Of a stretch of 20,000 nucleotides of DNA, positions 9,520 to 19,384 are shown piece by piece. Under the pieces are notes generated by a model that worked only from the letters and a program-made list of their open reading frames with translations, searched no databases and was not told the origin of the DNA. Where the stretch lies: positions 46,623-66,622 of the forward strand of contig MU271430.1 in the NCBI GenBank assembly GCA_021432655.1, written 5' to 3'. Each line of letters starts with the position of its first letter. Position 1 is the stretch's first letter. The position numbers and the translations under genes are program-made. The stretch comes from Atractiella rhizophila (taxonomy: Eukaryota).

Positions 9520-11560
9520 CCTCCTCTGTGTGTATTTTTCCTTTGCTTTTTTTTTCATGTTCGCTCACTCTTATTACACATGATACGTAGTGATATCTAA
9601 CACTCAGACCTACCACCCACCACCCTCACATCTAAAATACGAAGAAGAACGGTGATGCAATGGGGAAGTGCATTTTTGATATATATGGGTGCGTATTTTG
9701 TCCTCCGCTTTTTTTGATATTCACCCACCCTCAATACCACTTATACGTCGTCGAAGCTACACCTCAGACCTGTCATTCGCGCCACTTACGTCTAAAATAA
9801 GATTGATAATGGCGAAGCAATGGGGGATTGCAACTTTCGATATATCTGAGGTTAGTATTTTGTCCTCCGCTTTTTTCAATATTCATTAATTCTCAATACA
9901 CATTATATCCTCTTGAAGCTACATATCAGGCGTCTCATTCGCGCTACTTACGTCTAAAATACCATGGATAATGGCGAAGCAATATGGAATTGCATTTTTG
10001 CATGTATATGAGGTGTGTATGTTGACCTGCGCTTTTTTTGATATTCACTCATTCTCGAAACACATTATACGACGTCAAAGCGACATCATGTGCCTCCCAT
10101 TTGCGCCACTCATGTCTAAAGTCCGATGCATAATGGCGAAGCAACGGTTAATTGTGATTTTTGACATGTGTGAGGTGCGTATTTCGTCCTCCGCTTTTTT
10201 AATATTCGCTCATTCTTATTAAGAATTATACGTCGTTTAAGCTACATCTTGGGCCTCTCATTTAAGCCACTCAAGTCTAAAATACGAGGGATAATGGCGA
10301 AGTAATGAGCAATTGCGATTGTGAGATATATGGGGTCCATATTTTGAACTCCGCTTTTTTTGATATCCACTAATTCCCATTAGGAATTATACGTCGTTAA
10401 AGCTAAATATTAGGCGTCTTACTTGCGCTACTCACGTCAGAAATACGATGGATAATGGCTAAGCAATGAGGATTCGCGATTTTTGATATATACGAGGTGC
10501 GTATTTTGAACTCCGCTTTTTTAATATTCACTCATTCTCAATACAAATTATATGTCATTGAAGCTACATCTCGGGCCTCCGATTCACGCCACTCACGTCC
10601 AAAATCCCACGGATAATGTCGAAGTAATGAGCAATTGCAATTTTTGAGGTATGAGAGGTGCGTATTTTGTACTCCGCTTTTTCCAATATTCACTCATTCT
10701 CAATACGCATTACATGTCGTTAAACCTACGTCTCAGGACTCCAATTCGCGCTACTTACGTCGAAAATACGATGGATAATGACGAAGCAATGAAGAATTGC
10801 GATTTTGATGTGTGTGAGGTGCGTATTTCGTCCTCCGCTTTTTTAATATTCACTCATTCTTATTAAGAATTATACGTCGTTGTAGCTACATCTCGGGCCT
10901 CTCATTTGCGCCACTCACGTCTAAAATACGAGTGATAATGGCGAAGTAATGAGCAATTGCAATTTTTGACATATATGAGGTCCGTATTATCAACTCCGCT
11001 TTTTTTGATATTCACTCATTCTTATTAAGAATTATACGTCGTTGTAGCTGGCATTCGGCGCTCCCATTTGCGTGACTCACGCCCGAAATGCGATGGATAA
11101 TGGCGAAGAAACGGGGAATCGCAATTTTTGATATATCTCAGGTGCGTATTTATCCTCCGCTTTTTTAATATTCACTCATTATGAATACACATTATATGTC
11201 ATTGTAGCTACATATAAGGCCTCCCATTCGCGCCACTCACGTCTACAATACCATGGATAATGGCGAAGCGATGAGGAATTGCGATTTTTGATATATCTGA
11301 GGTGCATATTTTGAACTCCGCGTTTTTTAATATTCACTCATTCGTATTAAGAATTATACGTCGTTGTAGCTGGCCCTCAGCCCTTGCGTTCGCCCTACTC
11401 ACGCCTCAAATGTGATGGATAATGGTGAAGTAATAGCGAATTGTGTTTTTGATATATGAAGATGCATCTTTTTGCTCCGCTTTTTTTACGTTCACTCGTC
11501 ATTATTACATCTTATACAATCCAATAACAACATTACATGTGTTACAATGCGACCTAACTG
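9520..11560 (+). repeat. AT-rich ~161-bp satellite, 12-13 units
   Basis: CTCCGC(T)n anchor at 9703, 9865, 10027 (variant), 10189, 10349, 10511, 10672, 10833, 10994, 11155, 11316 and 11475 (period 159-162), plus a degenerate unit at ~9541. No sustained ORF. Confidence 0.97.
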
Positions 11561-11638
11561 GAAAACACGTTGTGTATTGATGTCAGAGGTGCAATTACAA
11601 TTCAAGTTTCCACATACCTATCTCTTTTATTTTGTTGT

Positions 11639-12438
11639 TTTTTGCTTCAGAGACAGACACATTCCTTTTCAGACACTGGTTCGCATGTTGCCTCGCGAGT
11701 GCTCTGGGATGTTGTGTGGATGTTGGTTTGCATGTCGCTTCGCGAGTGTTGTCGGATGGGATGTGTTGGTGTTGGTTTCGCTGCAAAGTCGCTTGGGTGC
11801 CGCCTCGCGACTGCTGTCTGGCGAGTTGTGGTGTTGGTTTTGTTGCAAACCGGCTCGGGCGCCACCTCGCGAGATGACTGTCTTGGTGTTGGTTTCGTTG
11901 CAATGTGGCTCGGGTGCCGAGGAGTGGTTCGCATGTAGCCTCGCGAGTGCTGTCGGCAGGTTTGTGTTAGTCTTGTTCGTTGCAAAGTGGCTCGGGTGTT
12001 GCCTTGCGAGTGCTGTCGGGTGGGTGAGTTGGTGTTGGTTTTTCTTGCAAACTGGCTCGGGTGCCACCTCGCGAGATGAGGGTTGGTTTCGTAGCCTTGC
12101 GAGTGCTGTCGGCTGGTTTGTGTCGGTGTTGGTTCGTTGCAAAGTGGCTCGGGCGCTGTCTCGCGAGTGCTGTCAGGTGGGTGACTTGGTGTTGGTTTCG
12201 TGGCAAAGTGGCTCGGATGCCACCTCGCGAGATGAGTGTAGTCTTGGTTTCGTTGAAAAGTGGCTCGGGTGCCACCTCGCGAGATGCGTGTGTTGGTGTC
12301 GGTTTCGTTGCAAACTGGCTTGGGTGCTGCCTCGCGAGGGCTATCGGGTGAGTTGGTGTTGGTTTCGTTGTAAAATGGCTCGGATGCCACCTCGCGAGAT
12401 GAGTATGGTGTTGTTTTGTTGAAAAGTGGCTCGGGTAC
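11639..12438 (+). repeat. Modular block A', second direct copy of block A
   Basis: Same start as 8378 (offset 3261 bp). Near-colinear for ~350-400 bp, then the same modules in different number and order. Confidence 0.92.
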
Positions 12439-12459
12439 CAGTTCGTGAAGTGGTTCGTA

Positions 12460-13312
12460 CTTCGTTTCGCGAGACCTGCCCGGCCGTTCACTTAGCCCAA
12501 GCTGCCTGAGTTTTCGCTTTGTGTTACCTCATAAGTGTTTGCCTTCGCGAGAGTTGCCTTGATGTTCGCTTCGCGAGACATGCCGGTATCTTCGCTTCGT
12601 GAGAGCTGCCGCCTTATTCGCTTCGCAACTGCGGCCTGACGGTTCGCCTCGCGAGTGCTGCTCGGGTGTTCGCTTCGCGAGAGGTGCCTTATCATTCCCC
12701 TTATCGTTCACTTCGTGAGACCTGCTTGGTTGTTGGCTTCGCGAGAGCTGCCTGAGTGGTCGCTTCGCAAGACCTGTCTGCCGGTTGGCGTCGCGAGAGG
12801 TGCCTTATCGTTCGCTTCGTGAGACCTCCTTTGTTGTTGGCTTCGCGTGAGCCACCTTATCGTTCGCTTTGCGAGACCTGTCTGGCTGTTTAGGGTTGCT
12901 TTGCGAGACGTTGCAATTCGCTTCGCCTTAGCTGCCTGAGTCTCCCCTTCGCGTTTGCTCCCGAGTGTTCCCCTCGCGAGAGTTGCGTCGCTGTTAGCTT
13001 CGCAAGACCTGCCTGAATGTTTGCTTCGTGAGAGCTGCCGGGCTATTCGGTTCGCGAGAGCCGCCTGGGTGGTCGCTTCGCGAGTCCTGCTTAGGTCTTC
13101 GCTTGGCGAGACATCGCGAGACATGCCTGGCTGTTCGCTTCATGAGGTGCCTAAGTGTTCGCTCAGGCAGAGCTTCCTGAGGTTTCGCTTCACAAGAGGT
13201 GTGTGAAGTTTGCGTCACGAGACCTGCTCGGCTCTTCACTTCGCGAGAGCTGCCTGAGTCTTCGCTTTGTGAGTGCTGCCTGAGAGGTTGTAGCTGTTTT
13301 GCTTCGCCTTAG
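12460..13312 (+). repeat. Array of ~22-25-bp modules TTCGCTTCGCGAGA(GCTGCC/CCTGC)
   Basis: Many variants of GTTCGCTTCGCGAGA followed by a short variable segment. Confidence 0.85.
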
Positions 13313-13356
13313 CTACATCCGAGTTGGGACGCCAGTTGCACCTAGGTTTGGATTCA

Positions 13357-13741
13357 ATGACCATGGCTCGCTTCTTAAGCACCAACTTCTTACCACCGTA
13401 CGAGCAGCTGAACTTTTGGGAGGGAGAAGTCGCGAAGCACAAACTCGATAGGGAAAAACATCTCTGAAGAGCCTTCAAAGCAAAAGGTGAGATGTGAACC
13501 CCCACTTTGGATCTGTTCTGAATCTCCGTGGGAACAGCTAGCCCTCCACCTAGTTTGCCATGAACACCAACCAAATTTGGAGCAAGCTGGGGCGCCCTCT
13601 AGCTGGGCCAAGAGGCAGGCAGCAAGGTAGGCAAGGATTTGGATAAAAGTGGCGATTGAGAGCGAGATGAGGAGGCAAAAGCATCCCGATGCAGCCTTCG
13701 AGCCAGGGAGCGAGGAGGAGGGTAGCGAAACGAGCATGTGA
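13357..13741 (+). pseudogene. Decayed gene fragment of unknown family
   Basis: MTMARFLSTNFLPPYEQLNFWEGEVAKHKLDREKHL*RAFKAK, then a GTGAGA...CAG intron-like segment, then SWAKRQAAR*ARIWIKVAIESEMRRQKHPDAAFE. The stops are consistent with C>T transitions. Confidence 0.3.
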
Positions 13742-13968
13742 AATGAAAATGTGCTTTCGTCCCCGCTCCCCTCACACCATGCCCATTTTAGTCAGCATCT
13801 GGCAGAGGACCATAAAAGGGCCTCTAAACGCACTGTGTCTCCCAAATGAAAGCATGCAAGGACCAGGCAAGAACATGCACAGATCAGCGCGGGAAGAGCT
13901 GAAAGAGCTTTGGGCTACTAAGGGTACTCTAGGGTTCAACCCTGGCTCTTTCAGGAATGAGATCCAGG

Positions 13969-13982
13969 GGGTTAGGGTTAGG
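13969..13982 (+). repeat. Telomere-type repeat (GGGTTA)2GG abutting the assembly gap
   Basis: GGGTTAGGGTTAGG immediately before the Ns, G-rich strand pointing toward the gap. Only ~2.3 units are visible. Confidence 0.6.
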
Positions 13983-14007
13983 NNNNNNNNNNNNNNNNNN
14001 NNNNNNN
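13983..14007. other. Assembly gap (25 N)
   Basis: Run of 25 N. Confidence 1.
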
Positions 14008-14570
14008 GCTGCAAAAATTGTCGGACGGGACTGTGCAAAGCCCTGCTCTCTTGATTTAAACAGGGCTGTGTGAAGGTCAATCCTTTTATATTGACAGGAT
14101 TGACAGGACGTTGACTTCTGTTACTTCGTTCATTGCTGGTGCATTTGGAATTTGGAGCGAATTTACGCTTGACTTCACTTTCGCATTCTTCCTCCTACAA
14201 GTTAGCTTTAAAGCTCGACCTGGAAAAGTTCCTTTCCAGCTAGGGTTCGCCTCAAAGTTGCAACCATGCCGAGGTCTTCCTTTTGCGCTATTTATCAGAA
14301 GGTTATGTATGATGATCACTTTCATTGGCCTATCTATAATCCTCTGTACGTAGAAGACAACCGTACTGCAGTGAGGACAAACATTTCCCACTCGCCGACA
14401 ACAGAAATGATACCTCTGTCCAATAACCAATTCTTTCACTTCAGCGTTGCAGCACCTGTTCCGTCAATTCAGGCTGAGTCCGCACAATGCCCTACCGTTT
14501 TTTTCGAAGGCACGGTCGACGTCCACAGACCGATGGTGTCTCGTATCCGCCACATGAAATCATGGTCTCC

Positions 14571-15705
14571 ATGGACGATCCTTCGACGACGACACTCGAC
14601 ATCACTTCCTCCCCAAGGGTTAGGGTTCCCACCTTCCGAAGGAGAGGCTATGGTGGTGAATGGAGGGTTGGGGATTTTGGATATTGCACCGAGCTTGGTA
14701 CCTTCAGCTTTTCGCAAAACGTGCAGGACTTTTTAGGGCCAGAAGACGAAAGGCTGGATTTTCCTTTGAGAGAGGTCGCGTTGAATGCAGAATCTCCGAT
14801 TGCCAAAGGAAGCTTCACTGTCACGAGCGCTGCGGTGGATGCAGGCCCTCCAGTGTAGGTCCTCGCTTCGGCGCTTCAAGAGGATATTATTTAATGGACG
14901 AGCGTAGCCCAGGCGGCGCTACTTTTGCGGTCAATTACTCCAGCCAATCCCAAGGAGGAGCCCTTCTTGCCACAACATCAGATGCTCTTCGATTTGCCGT
15001 CACTCACCAAGGTATCGGTGTTGACTACTTCAAACGGTATTTCAAAACAGTGTTGGAAGAAGATGCACGAGCCGGGCACTGTCCGAATGGTAAGAGGGAA
15101 CTCTGTATGATCATCGGCGTTGTCAAAACCTTCGGTTGGCTTCGAGCTGTATTCGGTCAATGCGGTGGTAGCTTTGGAATCAACGTTGGGGCGCACCCAG
15201 CCGGATTCCAAGTGGGTCGTGATTACGGTGCGATTTCAGGAGTCCACGTGCAACATGGCCCCAGGGTGCAACGTATGTTCACAGTGATGATCAGAACTTT
15301 ATTAATGGCAATGATTATTAGGAAGCGGCGTCCTTGGTAGCGACGTGGGGGACCAGACACTATTTATCACTCGAATTATGTGTAAACATGCGGGAATTAC
15401 ACAACTTGGTTGTCTCAAAGGAGGAGGGGAGTCAGGTTGGCCTTCCCCCGCAGATCCAGCAGATGAAAGCATGGAATCCGTCTTTTGTGATGGATCAAAT
15501 GAAACTGTGATATGCTCTCACTCTGCTGCTATCAAGCAGCATTAACTTGTTGTAGGGGTGCGACCCTTTGAGCGTGCTCCTTGAGGCTATGTTGACTGTG
15601 AGTATTCCGTATGTTCAAAAAAGATTCCTCATTCCTCTGAAGTTACGCCCTGCTGCCGAATTTGCTATTGCGTCTGACATCGACTTGTGCACCCTGTGCG
15701 AAAAG
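14571..15705 (+). CDS. Spliced gene for a putative gasdermin-like beta-pore-forming protein (basidiomycete GD[VF]GY...DQ.[IL]FI...DPL..LL...AIASD.DL type); 5' and 3' ends uncertain
   Basis: Introns 14855-14907, 15273-15321, 15507-15555 and 15598-15642 (all GT-AG, 45-53 nt) join five exons in one frame: ...GEWRVGDFGYCTELGTFSFSQNV...KGSFTVTSAAVDAGPPVPGGATFAVNYSSQSQGGALLATTSDA...ELCMIIGVVKTFGWLRAVFGQCGGSFGINVGAHPAGFQVGRDYGAISGVHVQHGP...DQTLFITRI...GCDPLSVLLEAMLTLRPAAEFAIASDIDLCTLCEK. Next donor GTGCGT at 15706. The gene model is well supported; the fold assignment is inference from recalled motifs. Confidence 0.7.
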
Positions 15706-15892
15706 GTGCGTTGCTCCACGTCCAAGCAGGTCTCTATTTAAGCTGGCTAGTCGAATTGGAGCCTCAAATCTGGCGAATGGAATGTTCAAAAAAGCGGTAA
15801 AACTGTTACAAGGTTGTGGGGACTGCATCAATGAAGAAGCTGTCGGTACATATCAGTCTCTCTTTGGACATCGAACTCACTTTGTCTGATAG

Positions 15893-16280
15893 GACTCACT
15901 CTCTCCGCTTCTCCACTCATTCTTCGGAGTCCGTTCTTGAAGGAATTGATCTACAAACTGTGACACACGAAGGAGGCAACCACCTGCCGATATCGTTCAC
16001 AAATGTGAAGCAGCCCGACGATGCGGAGGAGCCTTCTGTCGTTGGTGAATACGGGGACAATCAGGGAATGACCGAAGGCGGCGCCGCCCTCTCATTCGCA
16101 GGGGACTGTGAGGACAATGCCTTCTTGTCTACTGTCGTATTGGGAGGAAGACATGATAAGGCCAGCATGCCGAGAGACACACCTCAATTTCATGGAGACA
16201 GCCAGCTTCTGGAGTCGGAAAATGAGTCGATTCGATTGCACGAGTTGCCTACAGCGTCAGATATCGGAGATGACCTGTTG
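15893..16280 (+). CDS. Acidic low-complexity exon, probably a C-terminal extension of the preceding gene
   Basis: Lies within ORF 15816-16364, bounded by a TAG acceptor (15892) and a GTAAGT donor (16281). I could not join its frame to the upstream exons without assuming an indel or another splice site. Confidence 0.4.
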
Positions 16281-16989
16281 GTAAGTCCACTTCATTCTCT
16301 CATTTTCCTGCATTTGCTAATATATCTCAAGCAATCTTCGCTGCTCCTGAAATTCTTGATGTAGCTTAACGGTCAGAAAACTGGAATTCAGGTGATGAAA
16401 TAAAGCTTACAAGCACACGTTCTTGCTATTACGTGTTTATCTTCCTCTCAGCGTGACAAGTCATGCCGTTTCGTGATGCCGCAAACAGTCTCATCAAGCA
16501 AAAAGTCTCGATAGAGAATGAATAGTTCACTCTGCCTGGGGAGAACTCAAGTGCATACATCCATCCCGACCTATTAGTGCCATGCACATACAGCAGTCAC
16601 CCCCGGTCCAAACCTGGATGAGCACGAGATTCAAGTTGATGCGGAAGGAATTTGACATTTCCTGGTTCAGAGGGAATGCACAGGATCCCTTGAAAGATGG
16701 GCAGAGGGGTCATATTGATGCACGGGGTTAACTCCTTGGGATCGGGGTTCTTCACCTGAAGGTAAGTCATCCACCTCACTCCTTTTTGATACATTCCTCT
16801 TGAATAATTTATTTCTTACTGGTACCAAAGGTGAAATATTGTTGCTGCTTAACCAGTGGCCTGTGAACACGCATATATCTATTCATGGCTTCGCTTCTCC
16901 TATACCCTATGAGGGACCACATCTGCAAACAGCGATGTTCTTATTTCTCGTGTGATGAAGAAGTTGCTAATCACGATGTTACTGAAAGA

Positions 16990-17830
16990 CTTCCCACAGC
17001 GCTTTAATTCACGCTAATTACGTCCCAATTACGTGAGGAATCGAGGGAGATACAATGAGCATTGCTATTTCGCATACAATGGTGTCCTCGCACTCCGCTT
17101 TGTTAAATGTTAATCTAATGTTGAAGTCCTCAGTACTACCTGAAAGCCCTCTTTGAGCGCTTTAATGAGCGATGTTTGCATCTAGATTGTGTTAGAAACT
17201 AATGAGGCTATGATAAACATTGATATATCATTTTAGTGATGCTGAGTTTTCGCGCTCCGCTTTTTTTTTGATATCTCTCTGATATTTACGTGCTTAGTAC
17301 ACCATGAAAGGTCTCTTCCATTGCTTCAATCCACACTATTTACGTCCAGGTTACGGCGGGAATTGATGAAGATATCATAAACATTGTTCGCCTTAATCAA
17401 GACGAGTTTTCGCACTCCGCTTTTCTTAATGTTTGTCTAATACTGACGTGCTTAGTACTGCCTGAAAGCCCTCTCCAAACAATTTAATTCGCGCCATTTA
17501 TGATAGGGTTTGATGAAGATATGATAAACATTAATATATTTCATATCGAGAGGTGAGCGTTCGCACTCCGCTTTTTCAGTGTTTATCTAATGTTGATATG
17601 CTTAGTACGCCATGAAACACATGGCCCAGCGTTTTAATTCACGCTATTTACGTGTGGATTGTGACCGGAGCTGAATGAGATACGAGGAACATCAATATTT
17701 CACATAGGTCAAAGTGAGCTTTCGCTCTCCGCGTTTTTATTGATGTCTATCTAATGTTGATGTACTTAGTGTGCCTTGAACGACAACCCCCAGAGCTTCC
17801 ATTCCCACTATTTATGTTGAGATGACGATA
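16990..17830 (+). repeat. Diverged second array of the ~161-bp satellite, ~5.5 units
   Basis: CTCCGC anchor, mostly followed by a T-run, at 17093, 17255, 17415, 17566 and 17727. ATTCRCGCYATTTAYG-like box at 17007, 17329, 17487, 17637 and 17801. Confidence 0.88.
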
Positions 17831-18150
17831 ATAATTGATGAAGTTGTTTGTTTGTTTGTTGTCGGAGAGGAACGCTTCTTGCAGGAGAAAGCGCTCGAAA
17901 GTTTATGCGATGCAAAATACACGTCAACTCAACTATTCGTTAGGACTCTCAGTAAATCCAATTCACCTGAACCGTACTCAAGGCTGGAAAGTCTAAAACA
18001 TCGTCGCAGTCATGAATTTGGGCATGTTCGCATGCAATACCCAAATGACGCATGAGATAGGCTATTTCTTCCATTTCTGTAACAAATATAGAGCCGTTGC
18101 GACACACTAGCAAATCCCTCCGACCTCGTTTAAGGTGAGCAAACCCTCAC

Positions 18151-18740
18151 TTAGTTGCCTGGCTCTCCCTCTGTCAATTTAATGCCTCCCACACTTCTCC
18201 CTCCTTTGCGTCTTCCCCAAAAAGCACTCGCAAGGGTTCCGCCGACCTTGAGCGCCTTATCCCTCTCGTTCCCACGACCGCCATTTTGGTTGGGCACAAT
18301 ACCCAGCAGACGCTTCGCTTTGGAAGGCACCGGACGCCCGCTAGTCGGCAACTCGTCGTCGTGATCTGAGGTTTCTGAAGCTTCGGAGTCTTCGTCTTCC
18401 GCTTGTGCTAAAGGCTCGGATGGAGCGGTGGGGAGACGAATGCGGGAGGTGTTGAGCGAGAAAGAGAGGGAAGGGAGGCGAGGGGACAAGCGACGGAAGG
18501 AGATGAATAGGATGCAGATGACGGAAATAGTGACGAGGGGACTAGATGTCCAACAAAAGAAAAGAGTAAGCTGAATAGTACGAGGAGAATGGAAGAATGC
18601 GCACATCCAAATCCAGCCTGGGATGGTGGACTCAGGAGTTGCTACGGATTGACGGAAACCGCATCCCATTAAACCTTGGATTTCCAGCAGGTGGACACTC
18701 ACAGGTCTCCGGTTCTCCCTCTTCCAAACTACCAACACCG
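18151..18740 (-). CDS. Multi-exon gene for a single-pass membrane protein; 5' exons upstream of 18799 not resolved
   Basis: Exons 18740-18703, 18641-18605 and 18541-18151 with introns 18702-18642 (GTGAGT..TAG) and 18604-18542 (GTGCGC..TAG) give GVGSLEEGEPETSTPESTIPGWIWIPLVTISVICILFISFRRLSPRLP...*. A further candidate intron is 18798-18741. Confidence 0.65.
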
Positions 18741-19384
18741 CTAGCTAAGTAAGACTTCGTCAACTGGACGACAGGCATTGTTATTCGGTATCTCACACCT
18801 CAGTCTCTCAGAGTGAGGCAAGAGTTGTGTCTGTAGCTGTCGGCGAATGCCTGAAGGGGCAATCGGATCCAGAACCACAGCGCAGCCACCAAGTTCGTTC
18901 ACGACCCCGTTCACGACCTTTCAACCATTCCCAAGGCTCTCACATCGTCTGAACGACCCTCCCTGGCCTCGGAGTAATACCTTTGCTAGGCTTTGAGAGT
19001 CTCTTCAGTTTCAGCGACCAAGATTACCTCGAGCCGTGCGTGCATCTCCTCCTTCACGTGTCTGTAGCTTTCCCATTTTTCACTCTTCCTTGCCTGTGAG
19101 CGACGATAAAGAGCAAGTGAAGGAAACTTGAGACAATGTCGATGCCGTGAAATGTGGGTGCCGCCCCAATGTTGCAACATTTCCGGTTCCATTCAGCTGT
19201 GCAGGGCACAGCGAAGACGTTCTCCTTCCGGTATTTCGAGCTCACAAATATTTGAGGCGCTTTCAAGAAGCCGAATTAGAAGTTTCAATGCATCCATTTT
19301 CCGTCTTCAAGAGCATCAGTTCATTGAATGTGCCACTAACGTTCCTACGTTCCTACCAGTAAAGCGTCCTAATCTCATGTCAAC

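Noticed and set aside
9775..11410. TCACGT boxes as yeast CDEI/Cbf1 sites
   Set aside because: The next base is usually C rather than G, and point centromeres are not known outside Saccharomycetaceae.
6332..13239. Many overlapping ORFs on both strands, up to 316 aa
   Set aside because: They are translations of stop-poor repeats, open in several frames at once, with no domain-like content.
8378..13312. CTCGCGAGA as the vertebrate BANP motif
   Set aside because: The sequence is fungal and nothing in the window indicates that factor; the similarity is probably coincidental.
14617..14627. GGGTTAGGGTT as an interstitial telomere
   Set aside because: Under two units long and inside probable coding sequence; likely chance.
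14086..16364. LTR retrotransposon pol remnants
   Set aside because: No RT, RNase H or integrase motifs found. The plus-strand spliced gene explains the region.
18091..18110. Helitron 3' end (GCCGTTGCGACACACTAG)
   Set aside because: No complete subterminal hairpin, and CTAG is followed by C rather than T.
18642..18702. MGC start suggesting N-myristoylation/palmitoylation
   Set aside because: The ATG at 18669 lies inside a well-formed GTGAGT...TAG intron.
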